Position numbers and translations under genes: made by a program
Notes under the pieces: generated by a model
Databases searched by the model: none
What the model saw: the letters and a program-made list of their open reading frames with translations, nothing else
Told to the model about the DNA's origin: nothing
Shown: positions 37,893-48,708 of the stretch, piece after piece
How positions within the stretch are numbered: the first letter of the stretch is position 1
Layout of the letters: each line of letters opens with the position of its first letter
Assembly: GCA_021432655.1 (NCBI GenBank)
Contig: MU271218.1
Location: forward strand, 39,277-88,130
DNA from: Atractiella rhizophila
Taxonomy: Eukaryota
Reading direction: 5' to 3'
DNA length: 48,854 bases

Positions 37893-40464
37893 CTATACTG
37901 TTAGGAACATTTGTAACACTTCCTTGTAAACTACATTATCTGTTTGCTTGGTTTCTTCTCCTTGCTTTGTTTTGACCAATACTCGTAAATTGTTTGCGTT
38001 TGAAACCCGTGAAAGACCAACATAAAGCTGCCCATGAGAGAAAGGAGAAGACTCTAAGTACAAACCCACATGTCCAACAGATTGTCCTTGCACTTTATTC
38101 AGAGTTAAGGCAAACGCTAAGCGCACAGGGAATTGAAAGCGCCAGAATTGAAAAGGAAGCTGGTTTGATACTGCACTGTCAATGCCAATTCGAGGAATGA
38201 GAACTGATTCGCCACTGTGTGCACCTGCAATGATGGTTGCTTTGATGACTCGTCGGAGAAGCTGAGTGACAATGAGCCACGTGCCGTTGCACAGGCCAGC
38301 AGATGGATTGAGATTTTGCAGAAGAATGATGGGTGTACCGGTCTTGAGGTGTAAATGATGCGAAGGGAATCCAGAGATCTCCAGGGTATTCAGGTACTCG
38401 ACAGAGAAGCGATTTCTGAGATCTCCCTCGTCATCTATAATTTGATCTGCACTATAATATACCCGATCTCCTATGGATTCGAGCCACTGAATCAAGTGAT
38501 CGTTGATACCATCCGCATGATGTGGGCATGTGGTAGACCTCTCTTCTGACATTCAATGCCCCAGACATATCCGATAACCCTTCCAAAGATCTGTCGTACC
38601 ACTAAATCCTTGATGTACTCCAGAGCCTTTAGTCGAAAAACCCTGGAAACCAAATCTGGTCGATCCTCTGGTTTTTGTCCTGGTAGGAGGCCTTCCGTGA
38701 TCTCTGCCCAGTGTGGGTTGCAAGTGAAGGTTGTAAAGATATTGGGGGTCCTTTGGCACCACCAATACTCATTGCATCCTGGAACGGCTGATTCATTGAA
38801 CATGGACCGCTAATGAAACTTGATGGTAATATAGTCCGCCTCCCAATATCTTCTAAAGAATAGCCTTCTGCAAGGGCATCCATAAGACCTTGATACACCT
38901 TGGCTCGAAGAATGGACTGATTGAACTGCAGATAGCAGAGTCGATTCGCCTCAATTTGAGCATAAGCATCGACTACCAATTCTTGCAGTAGCCGACCACC
39001 GTAGAGAGGGAGTGAGAATATATCATTTCGTTGATGCAACATGTAAGAATAGAACTCCATTTGGCTGACACATTGTCAAACCCCAGAATTACCAACTTGC
39101 ATGCCGTCATTATTGAAGTGCTCTTGCTGGCGAGGAGGAAGATCTGCAGGCAGGTCTCGATATGGAATCTGCGGATGCCATCCTTGGTCCCCATATAGAA
39201 ACAGAAGAGGAAAACAAAGTGGAAGATAATTTGAGTTGAGCTCATTGACACGCTGTAAGTTGCTACCAGTCGTGGTTGCCCTGAGCTGGATGATAATATC
39301 TCTGGCCACTCCATATTCTTCTCTGTTACTGTCTCCTACCATCACTACAGCAACTTCACTGGCTACAGGAATATTGTAGTGCCTTGGGTCCCTATCTCAT
39401 GGAGCGACTGTGTAAAGATGTAGTGTTGTAGTGGGATCCTATTCTATTCTTTCTTTTGCAAATTTGTAGATCCTGGGATATGGGTGACACGGAAGAGCAT
39501 AGCCTGAAGGTCTTCAAGTGTCCTATGATTCAGTGATATTGAAGTGTTGCCAACTCTTCGTTCAGTCTGTACAGCTGAATCTGTAATGTAGACCTGTGCA
39601 AATGTTTCACACCCTTCTTGTTGTGGGAAAAGAGTGCCAATAAGGTGGCACAGCTCTCCCTGAATTTTAAAGGAGTAGGGACCATGTCCAGGAATTGATA
39701 CCTGGCGGACGTCTTAGGACGTAAAGGCAAAAGCATTATTGAATACCCTGATATGCTCTCGAACTGCCTTTGACTCTATAATGATTGTTCCTCTCAGATA
39801 TGTATACGCAATAAGTTGAATAGAAATACTTACCTGTTGTATTGTGATGTGTAAAGAGCTTTCGTAGCTCTTAAGGCGGAGGCGGAGGAACAGGTAGCAG
39901 CACCTTGCTGTGGAGACAGCACAATGCACACTTTGGATTTTGTTGTGGGCTGTTAACGATATTCTCTTCCATCCAATGAAAGGCTTTGCAATGTGTACAA
40001 AGTAATCCTCAAGTAGAGAGGTGGTGTGCCTCAAGATCCATATCAGGTGAGTAGTTGAATGCAGGATAGTGATGTTGCCTTATTTCGCCTCGCAACAACG
40101 GGATTAATGCCCTATCCTCATCACTGTCCACATCATCAAGATCAGGAGAGGATGGGTATGATCGGGCTTCTTCTTCACTGTACTCCTCAGGGGAAGGTGA
40201 ACGCTGTCTCCAATGTCGTCGAGCTGGTCGTGATGATATAGATAGTAAAGAGCTTCGACAGCGCCGCTGACACTGACGTGGAGCCCTAGTTGATCTTGTC
40301 TCATGTTGAGATGGAGTTGGTGGAGTAGGATTAAAACATGCAGGGCGTCGCCTCTCTCTTACAGGTCGACCTTGGTGTAGTGGTGCCTCCTGCTGCAGAG
40401 ATTGATGCCGTTTGGATCGGAGCTCTCGATTTCTTGTTTGATTTCTCTGAATTGCACGTGGCAT
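37893..40464 (-). pseudogene. Helitron Rep/helicase (RepHel) remnant: Zn-finger region, Helitron_like_N/HUH Rep, C-terminal PIF1-type helicase
   Basis: Motifs across several frames: CxxCKAFHW...CCxxxKVxLP, IRVFNNAFAFTS, PLLFLYGDQGWH, GGRLLQELVVDAYAQIE, ILPSSF, TFTCNPHW, DRPDLVSRVF, QKRGLPHAHI, NLNPSAGLCNGT, QFPVRLAFALTLNKVQGQS, FSHGQLYVGLSRV, NVVYKEVL. Contains stops and frameshifts. GTAAGT...ATAG intron at 39776-39833. Start position approximate. Confidence 0.92.
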
Positions 40465-40776
40465 GAGAGTGTAGCTTGCTGCACATAACAAAATGATATG
40501 AGTGAAGAATATATAAGCCAGAGTCCACACACCTATGCTTTTTTTGCTTGATTTGATTTGATGCTAACAGGCTCAGGGATACTATAGTAGACTGTTAGGA
40601 AGCATATTCATGGTGAAAGAAACTGTTTCACTTGCATGAATGCTTGCTCACTTTCCCTCATAGTTGGCAAACAACAGTTTTTGGCGCATGACATGAGAAG
40701 TCTCAGAAAGCTGTGAAGAAGTTAGAAATTGCGGGCACGCAGTTTGCACACAATAGGATTTAGCAGTGACAAAATG

Positions 40777-40861
40777 TGACATGACTGAGAATCGAACCCA
40801 CACTAACACCAATCAGTCAAGACTCAACTACCCAACCATACACCAACTACACCATCACGCA
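40777..40861 (-). other. tRNA-like / Pol III A-box and B-box remnant in the Helitron 5' region
   Basis: Minus strand TGCGTGA-TGGTGTAGTTGGT...GTGGG-TTCGATT-CTCAG-TCATGTCA. A-box-like 40843-40854, B-box GGTTCGATTCT 40788-40798. Acceptor and T stems pair partly; the anticodon arm is degenerate. Confidence 0.5.
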
Positions 40862-40917
40862 AATTCTGTACCTGGCTGGCTTATTTGAGTAGGTAAGGAA
40901 ATTTTTGTCAAAGTGAC

Positions 40918-41186
40918 GAAGTCAATCACTTGACTCAGTCATGGAAGACAACTATTTTTTATCCTTTAAATAAGCTTTATTGTATACGGTTGGAAAGGTG
41001 CTGACATGCGTATTCTGGTGGTATGCTCAGAATTTTGATGGGGTTGTTGTGGACCAAGAAGTCACCTGACTCAGTCAGGAAAACAATTTTTTTTCGTCTT
41101 TCAAACAGGCTTTGCTGTATACGGTTCGAAGGGCGCCGACACGCGTATTCTGTTGGTATGCTCAGATTTCTGACAGGGTTGTTGTG
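40918..41186 (+). repeat. Diverged two-copy tandem repeat of about 135 bp near the Helitron 5' end
   Basis: GACTCAGTCA...TGTATACGGTT...GCGTATTCTG.TGGTATGCTCAGA...GGGTTGTTGTGG at about 40918-41052 and 41058-41186. Confidence 0.85.
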
Positions 41187-44142
41187 GGGGGTGATATAAG
41201 AGCTCAAAAGTACATGCGTGAGTCATGGTCAAACCCGTCGTGCTTTTTATATAAGGATATGTCGAGAATGCTGCTGAGAACCTGAAAGAAAGATTGTTGC
41301 CGGAGATTTTATGCACGTACTCGCAGAGCTGATTGATGCTCTCCTGCTGTAAACAAAGCTTCCTATCCATCTCTCCCATCGTGTGAGAGAGGGACTTCTG
41401 TAGCTCTTCATTATGGCATCGCTCTCTGGACCTCGTGCACACGCGACACTGTGATGCCTTCGAGCCGTCCTTGCTTTTTTGCATGCACCGAATGTTGGCT
41501 GCAGGAGATTCCAAGCAAATAAGGAACCACCCCACCGTTAAGACGCTGGAGCAGTGAAGATTTTCTGCAAGTTCTTGGTCACGTTGATGGGCAAGCATCA
41601 AATCGTCATTCACAGTGAGCAATGGCCTATGCCAGTCACTCCTTTCATCCAGATGCCAGGCAAAAGCGCCAGTGAAAGATATCAGTCCAGCAGATGCTCC
41701 TTTGACTGCTCTTCTCATTTCTACACTCGACACGTTCCTCACCCATATCGTGCGTTCACTGATATCATGATGAGTGATTACCGCCTCTCAAAAGATCTCG
41801 CTTTCACGACAGTTAAACGAGGGGTAGATGATTGGTATGTCGGAATTATGCATATGAAGCTGAAGCCGGAGGACCTGGTGTGAATATGCGCCAACATTTT
41901 GGAGCTGCAGGACGTGGGAGGGAAGAAGGTAGGCGAGAGAGTATCATTCTTGATCTTGTCTGTGACGGGGAGCGAGAGTCTGCTCGCGTGAATGGATATC
42001 TTGAGTGCGTTTCTTTTCTGTTTGTCCCTAGTGAACACTGATGGAGGCAAAGCTACATGAGATTTGGGCCTTGAGAACATCCATAAGTGCGAGGGAGGAT
42101 CACCGGGAACATCAGGAGGAGTTCTCCATCCATGCCACGGCGTTGGTACATCAATGGGCTAGCCCACCGAGACCATTCATATATCAGATCAAGGTGAGAA
42201 CTTCCATTCTGTCCCAGCCTCTACTAAAAGGCGACAGGTGGTATGATCTCACCTCTCCCCAGAACCGGTAAGAAGCATACTTCCGCTCCCGCTCCTTCAA
42301 TACTTGCAACAACAGCAACATCCTCAGTCACCGTTTCTCCTCCTCTTCCAATCCTTTCTGTAGTTCCTCCAGCTCCAACACCAGTGAGCGTCGACTCTCC
42401 CTAGCCGATGCTCCTATGTCACCAACACTATTTCCTGTGCCTGCATCTGTGCCAGCTAGCCCAGATCTCACTGCTCCAATGATCTCAACTGGTCCATCTG
42501 GTTCTCCTTCTTCAATGCCTCAGTATCACCCGCACAGGAGAGAACGAATACAGCAGTGAAGAAACGCCTACCTTATTCCTCATCCGCAGACGCTTTCTAT
42601 CCCTCCATCGCCCTTATCAGAGCCCAAATCAACAGGTACAGCCACAGACATCTTCCCCTCGATTTCTTAATTGCTCAGTCCAACGGTGGGGTGTTGAGAG
42701 TAGGTTCTCTGTTCTTTCGCCCAGATAAGGAATGTGTTGTCTCACGTTTATATTTCTTTTTGGCAGGGTGTGTTTGCGTTTGTGATTTAGCGAAGGAGGA
42801 GCGCAGAGGATAGCATAGTCAAGGAGGTTCGTGGAGATCATGAAGAAAAAATTCAAGTTGCAGATTCGAAGTTATGGACGCTCGATGCAGAGTGTAACAG
42901 GGAACAGTCGTGCATTCAGATTGTCTACCTCATCAAGGATGCTGGAGCCTACGTCTAAGTCGGAATGAGCAACTAGTTCGTCCAGCTGCCCATCACGCCA
43001 TCCTCACGCAGGAGGTGAACCTCAAAGGTTCCTTCCGGTCCATCCTCCCTCCTACCGCTTGCACTATAATGTTATTCTGACGCTTCTTAGATTTACTCAA
43101 TGATACGGACGGGCAAGCAATTGATTTGTTCGCTAGGCGCCTTGTAGACTGCTGAGTCGCTCATCACGCATCGCTTCAAGTTCAGAGATGCATTTCGCGC
43201 CTTTAAGACAATACAGGCTCGCCTGCCCTCTCCTCTTCGCCTTGATGTCACAAAGTTGAAACCTGGCCGTGATGCTTCGCTCTAGGACGGGAAGGGATGG
43301 TGAGGACGCGATAAAGACCATCACCGAAGGATACAACGGCAATTGAGCCTTACAGATACGTGAATGCAACTCTTGGGACTATTACGGAAATGAGGGAGCA
43401 AAAAGATGGATTTATAATACCACAAAGGGTTCAAGGAATGTTACCATTGTTATACCACATCTTCGATCTTCGATGGCACCGCTTTCTGTTCTGTTAAGTA
43501 GTCCTTCGTTGAATGCATGAGTCGTCGCCAACCGTAAGAACGACTCGAGTGACACTCAAAGGGTGATCGGCTTCACTACATTGTAGCACATTTGGACGGA
43601 ACTTGATGCCTTAGGCGCTTTTGCTGGGAATCAGCAGAATCATTTGCATGGCTGAAGACATCCGTAATACACAGAGAGAGCATCCTCCTCGCCCGATCTC
43701 GTCATGCCCTGAAGCTTCCGAAATAATCATCAACAGCAATTCCTTCCCATCGTCATCATTGCCAGTATCCCCTGTTTCCTGATCCCCCGAGAACCAGCAG
43801 ATAAGCCCAAGGAAACTGACTCACTCCACCCAATGCGAAATAGCTATGGCCCCTACCGCATTGTGTTCTAATAGTATGCATGGAAAGACTTAGTGCGGAT
43901 GGGGTTCCAAGATTGCTCATAACCATCAAACACGAGGTATCGAGTGTGCGGGAGGTGACCGTTGACGAGCGGTACGTTGAATAGCGGGGGTACAGATAGT
44001 GCGATGGCATTGTCCCAAACAGATTCCAGCCCTGTTTCCAGTCACGAATTTTCAATGCTGTGTTAGATGGAAAGGATACGAACTGTGCACTTTCTTATCA
44101 TGTCTTCTCTAGAACATGAGTCAAATATGAGGATGTCCAGCA

Positions 44143-45971
44143 TCACTCCTCCCCACCCTCCCAAACCCTTCTGTATGCATCCTGCTCGCTCACCCCACAC
44201 TCAATCAACATGCTCCTGGCCATGCATATCTCTTCCTCATGCCACGCTCCAAAGAACAGCACGATCCCCAACCAGAGTCCTCTCCTCATCTTCATCTTTT
44301 CCTCTGTATCCAACTCCTCCTTCAACCCCCTGTCCCCAAAGAACCAGCAGATGAAGTCTGAGAATACAAACCCTGTGAATCCCCAGTCCACCACACAATA
44401 CTGAACATCTATGTGTCTTATCGCTTTTGCATTTCTGAGGGAGTAGAAGAACTGGGGGGAAACGAGGTTTGAAGTTTCCTCACCACCGTCGAGCTGGAGT
44501 CTGGTGAGATGTTCGAGGAGTGATAGGTCGAGCGGAGTAGGTAGGATGGAGATCTTTCCACCAGGCCAGTAGGGGGCGAGTGTGATCTTGAGCAATTCTA
44601 GAAGAGGCGGCAGACAGGAGCCTGAGACGGAGGGAGGGAGGGGACACAGATTGGAGAGATCCAACTTCGTGAGGGTGAATGGGAGAGAGAGCGATGGGAG
44701 AGGCGGGTATATGTGAAGCTCTAGTGATTTGAGGCCAGATGATAATTGAAGGCCTGGTGATGTCGACGAGGCAGAGTCCTCCACGTCAAAAGCACTGAAG
44801 GTTCTGATCCTGTCACCCATCCTCTGCGTGAAATTCTCGACCTCATCTTTCTTCCACTTTCTCGAACCTTCTCCTCTAAAGTGTACCTCATCCAACCTCC
44901 TCAAGCCTCCAATCGCATGCAACACAATCTTCGCCTCCTCTTCATTCCAAAATGCATCCATCGCAAAATACGAAACGTTCGGCGAGCCAGCGATGACGTC
45001 TTTCGCCATCTCAACGCTGATGTCATCGTCAAGCCCACTCACAAATTCGAGGTATGTCCACAAATGTCCAGCATTAGGATAAGCTGTCAAACGAGCATGC
45101 GTCTCCTTCACAGAAACAGGTTCATTCAGATAAGGGACTGAAACAGCCTTCCAAAGCTGACAGACGGCAGAAAGTCGCTGGAAGGAAATGAGGAGGTATT
45201 CACCATCTTCGATGAGCTCTTGATTTTCATCAAGTGAAAGGAACTCAAAAATGAGTGACAGGATCTCAGGAGGAAGGTGCATGATACTGCATGGACTAAT
45301 ACCTGTAGGTCAAGTTGTGGAGAGGGAGAGTTGGATGGTTGTCCCCAGACCGGTGGATGGGATGGTTGATTCCTCCCATTCGCTGAGAGGAATGAAACGC
45401 CGTTGCTCCTTGGAGTATAGGGCAATGGGTTCAAAGAGGACCTGAGAGCGATTATCTGGAAGATGAAAAGTGCATGTGAAGGGCTTCCCAGACAGGGGCT
45501 CCAATTCCACGGATGCATGATGTTTGGTATCCCCAAAAGTTACCGTAATACTTCCCGACTCCAACGCGATGCAAAGAATCACTGTACCGTCGGGTTCGAC
45601 TTCATTTTCGAGGTCTTCCAGAGAGAAGTAGGATAATTTCAATGGCCCATAACGCTCCCTCCAGAAGTCAAGAGGCAAGACAAATGTGATCCGGAGCATG
45701 TGAATTGATGGAGGTAGGCGAGAAATGAAAGAGGGAAGAATGGAGAGGTGGATTGGAGTGCCATGGAGTAATGTTACTGGGGTGATGAGATGGATCAGTG
45801 CGATGGACTCTGTCCCCTGATCATCCTTGCATGAAATCGATGTTTTTCTTCTTTTCATTCTTGGAGATAACACGCTTGACTAGAGCCCGCAAACGCACAT
45901 TAAACGAGACAACAAGGGGAGAGATCGGATCATGCCTGCAGCGCATCAGTGCATTGTCCAACTTGAACCAT
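44143..45971 (-). pseudogene. F-box-like / LRR gene, array copy 5, with premature stop at 45310-45312 (exon 1 45936-45971; intron 45880-45935)
   Basis: ORFs 45310-45873 and 44143-45282 are in the same frame and are separated by TGA where the other copies encode Arg (TTRP). The gene is otherwise intact and collinear. Confidence 0.75.
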
Positions 45972-48708
45972 CTCGACGCTCTCCGCGCAATGATCAGGCA
46001 GATCAGATATCACTACTCGTGAAGATGGAGATCCCGGAACTGTTCGTGGAGTCGATGGATTAGGCGATCGTTGCAATTAGGACGGATTAGGATGGGTTGG
46101 TGGAAGTCGGCGTCCGGACGTTGAAGGCTTTAGTTCTCTAGCACTTGACTACCAGATAGTGCTACAGGAAGTCCTAAAATATGTAAAAGTCCTTTGCAAT
46201 ACTAGTACCTAATTTACACTGCACTTCAAACGAGAGCTAGAGCAGAATGCTCTCATAGTGATGCTTCGTCCGTCATGATCTGATTGTGAGAGGGATCCGG
46301 ACGGACAAAGGAGGCAAAGGAGGCATAGGAGCTTGTGAGAAGATATATGACACTTGAGTCAGGGCAGGAAACGAGAGGGATGGAGGGCAGATGCTTAGGA
46401 GCACGAGAGCGGCCGACCTAGACGGCCTCTTGTGGTCCCTGATCCGACACTGTCACCATTGCCCACCTCTTTCTCCATCAGTCATTTTATTGTTGTCCTC
46501 AATGTCACAGAGCAAGCCCCAGTGGAAAGTAACCCATGGAGTGCCAGCCGTGGTGCGACAGAAGGTGGAGGATGACGGAGGGAGAGAATAGGATATCGGC
46601 ATGGAACACTGGAGAGGCATCGGATGGGCAGGGGGTGGCGAGGGAGTGTGAACAGAGGTGCGAAAGAAAGTGCGAGACGTCCCTCTAACATCCCATGTTC
46701 GTTATCGATTCCTTGTCACTTATGTCCTCTCTTTTCGCTATCCAAGGTCCAAACCTCCAGCCCAAGTTCAACTTCCGGAAGGCATGAGGGACGGTGGAGC
46801 GCGAGAGGAGGTGGAGTGGGACTAGCAGAAAAGGGAGCAGCAGAGCAAGGGGCTCTGTGCGCATGTCAGTTCGGATACTTGTAGTAGGGAGAGACGAGCG
46901 GAGAATGGGAATACACTGCCAGGATCAAGGAAAGCCCCCAGGAGTCCAGAGTGCAGATAAAGGCGGAGGTTTGGTGGACGACGAAATGAGGAACGTCGAC
47001 GAGGGATGAGAGTTCGAATGTGAGGGCGAGCGGGAGTGGAGACGCCGGGACGGTTCTTCTCACGTCCTTCTTCTATCACGGACCGAATTCGTACCTTCTT
47101 TCCACCTTTCGCCATTCGATGTGCCTCTCCCGCTCTGGGGATGATTTCAGATGGGCATTCTGCGAGAGGAGGTGGAAACTTTCGGTGGGCGGCGAATGCT
47201 TTCGAAGCAATGGTGGAGAGCGAGAGAAGGGGTGAGTGTGCGAAAGACCGCGGCAGGGCTCTGGAGGATGGGCGAATGACCTCCTAAAAGAGGAGGCAGA
47301 GGTCGAAAAGGAGTAGAAGAGACGCCATGACGGTCCTTCTCACGTCCTTCTGTGATCACCGACCGAATTCGTCCCCTATGTCCACCAGTTTCAGCATTTG
47401 GGTTTATTTTAGATGCTTATTTTGCGAGAGAAGATGGAAGGGATTGGTGGAGGGGAATAGGCAATAGTGAAGGGCCAGAGAAGGGCGAGGCGGCGAAAGA
47501 CGGCGGCTCGAGCGGGATGGGCGAATGGGTTGGCAAGCACTTTTTTTTGACCTCCTTTCCCACCCCATCTGAATCACAGTCGACCTCCTTCGCCATCACG
47601 CGTCCCAACTACGCTTCGCGGTTGACTTGCGATGTCCACGGTGAAGCAAGTTGTTTAGAGTTGAGGGAGAGCTGAAGCGGGCTTGGGGATGTTAGAGAGC
47701 GGAGTGAAACGAGAAGGCAACTGTGGGTGGGAGAAAGCATATCATGCCTCTCCGATATCCAGGCTCAATCCCCCACCCGCTCTGTCACCTCCATCCTCTA
47801 CTTTCGCGATCCCACTTCCAACTTGGCCTCAGCGTTCATTTCGGAAGACAGAAAGGTTCCTGGAGGAGCGGAGGATGATGGATGTTGGGGGAGGGCAGGG
47901 GTGTGGGGAGAGAGGGATGCTGGAGCGAGAGTGGCGAGAGGGGTGGCAAGATTGTGGGAAGTGGGATAGGTCGGACGGAGGTATTGAGACTGGTGCAGCG
48001 GGGCGGCGCTTCCTGCTTCCTCCTAACTGCCCTCTCGCTTTGTAGCCCGGCAATGAGGGTAAGTCAGGACGCTAGGAGGGTAGAGCAATGCTGGGGGGAC
48101 GGGGTTGCAGGGGAGAGGTGTTATGGCGGCCACGGTGACGGGGAGGAACCTAATACCTATGTCAGTAAACGCAAATGCAAACAGAGGGAGAGGGAACGAG
48201 ACGGTCACCTCTTCTCTCGTACCACTCTGTCCCTTCGATCTCTGTCACACTTCGCCTTCCATTATGCAACATTCTGTTGGCAATGCATCTTATTCCCTCC
48301 TTTCCTCCCACTGATTGTACTTGTCTATTCATCACTTGCGCACACCCCCACTACCGTCTCCCCTCCCTGCGTCTCCCCACCCTGTGAGCCTGCTCTGTCA
48401 CCAGCTGTCCAAACATTTCGGTTCGTACCGACTCTATCACCCGTAGTCTAGGAAGGGTCCATCAGCAAAAGAGGACGGTGGGGGACAGCTGCGGTGAAGA
48501 GTACTGTGGAGGAGAGAGGAGCCAGAGGGGATGCCGACGGAGGCTGGGACAGGAGAGGGACACCAGCACTATCCACAGTGAAGGAGACCAGCGAGACGCA
48601 AGCGAGGTGAGGCATGGGGCTGCATGAAAGAGACGGCTAGCTCAGAGCGAGAAAGAGGGAAGGGCGGCGGAGATCGAGAGACGATGGAGGACGTTCGGAG
48701 ACGGTGTA

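Larger units (their letters stand above)
37697..41257 (-). mobile_element. Helitron, internally deleted and degenerate (3,561 bp)
   Basis: Inserted between A and T without TSD; flanks rejoin as TACTGCGA|TATGTCGAGAAT, matching empty sites at about 1710 and 11461. Minus-strand 5' end TCCTTATATA, 3' end CTTG, with an imperfect hairpin at 37708-37726, 11 nt from the end. Encodes RepHel remnants. Confidence 0.92.
1..48708. repeat. Tandem segmental-duplication array: five F-box/LRR units plus shuffled spacer modules
   Basis: Homologous blocks recur, e.g. 1-1500 ~ 9180-11300 (minus hAT) ~ 33885-35300; 17400-18500 ~ 24900-26000; 26050-27390 ~ 47400-48708; 4500-6040 ~ 21000-23070 ~ 29480-30755 ~ 42730-44140. 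Confidence 0.9.

Noticed and set aside
37893..38552. Host PIF1 helicase gene
   Set aside because: Only the C-terminal helicase motifs are present, joined to Helitron Rep sequence inside element termini.
40777..40861. Functional tRNA gene
   Set aside because: D and anticodon arms do not fold convincingly and no anticodon can be assigned; kept only as a tRNA-like remnant.
6042..45971. Diversity-generating retroelement as the source of LRR variability
   Set aside because: No reverse transcriptase or template/variable repeat pair is visible, and variation is spread across the whole gene.
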